64,000 nt of DNA from Hydrolagus colliei (taxonomy: Eukaryota). Below, one piece after another: positions 63,498 to 64,000 of the stretch. Location of the stretch: the NCBI GenBank assembly GCA_035084275.1, contig CM068747.1, positions 22,320,001-22,384,000 on the forward strand, written 5' to 3'. The position numbers and the translations under genes are program-made. A model generated the notes under the pieces. The model did no database searches. It worked only from the letters and a program-made list of their open reading frames with translations, and was not told where the DNA came from. How positions within the stretch are numbered: the first letter of the stretch is position 1; each line of letters starts with the position of its first letter.

Positions 63498-64000
63498 TGG
63501 CTGAAGAGTGCTTTGGCCAATCCAATCTCATCTTCCAGGAAACTCATCCTAATGTCCCACCATCACAGCATCAAGCTGCTATTTAAATGTGTCCGGGGTC
63601 CTACCCACAACCACCTGACCAAAAATTCACATGGTGTTCATCTGGGGTCTTTGCAATGTTAAACTTGTTTGACACTTCATTTGGCTTTTCAACCGAATCA
63701 GCCTGGGATGATTCCAGCCCTGTTAAATATTTTGGAAGATAATCTGAAACAAAAGGAAAAAAACACACCCAGCTGTGGTTCCAACAACACAGCAAACCAG
63801 CAGCCCCATCGGTACCAAATAACTCAATTTAAGCTTCTTTTGGGGGAGTTTGGGATAAAACAATGACTTGCCCACAAATATACAGTCAATTCACTTTACA
63901 GTATATTCTGTGAAGCTCTTTGAGATGTCTAGAAGATGTGAAAAGCGCTATATCAAATGCAAGGATTATTATTATATTACTTGCAAGTGGTTATACAATG

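Noticed and set aside
28430-64000. Search for the first shared PDE1 exon (LRCLVKQLERG...YIDETR)
   Set aside because: Not found by eye or in the ORF track; it is presumed to lie downstream of the window.
1-64000. Dispersed similar 60-bp units as a CRISPR-like array, or any prokaryotic system
   Set aside because: The units are irregularly spaced, lie on both strands and are retroposon tails. The DNA is vertebrate intron with no operon structure.

Overview
This is eukaryotic, AT-rich vertebrate DNA. Its repeat content (tRNA-derived and Deu-type SINEs, CR1 with (TTCTATGA)n tails, L2, and Penelope with hammerhead motifs) suggests a cartilaginous fish, possibly a holocephalan; that assignment is inference. 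The window covers the 5' part of a + strand Ca2+/calmodulin-dependent phosphodiesterase 1 gene, most likely PDE1A. Three small coding exons, none of them in the ORF track, can be read directly: 9956-10056 (MDSSPTELKEFDSSTFKYLKPDHPEKIWLRVQGL), a 27-nt micro-exon at 11765-11791 (QKYKNTSQR), and an alternative first exon at 28377-28429 (MDDCITIKKKHLQKPIFR). I did not find the first shared exon (LRCLVKQLE...), which probably lies beyond 64000. The rest is intron containing many retroelements. Most listed ORFs are spurious; the long ones are Penelope, CR1 or L2 remnants. The main points of interest are: a PDE1C-type micro-exon alongside a PDE1A1-type start exon; two further phase-compatible candidate exons (23413-23456 and 53248-53271); two sense-strand minimal hammerhead ribozyme motifs; a perfect 38-bp hairpin inside a SINE; and very short L2 tail insertions that share a 3' end with the SINEs. 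I see no evidence of a wholly new multi-gene system. All family names come from recalled sequence, not database searches.
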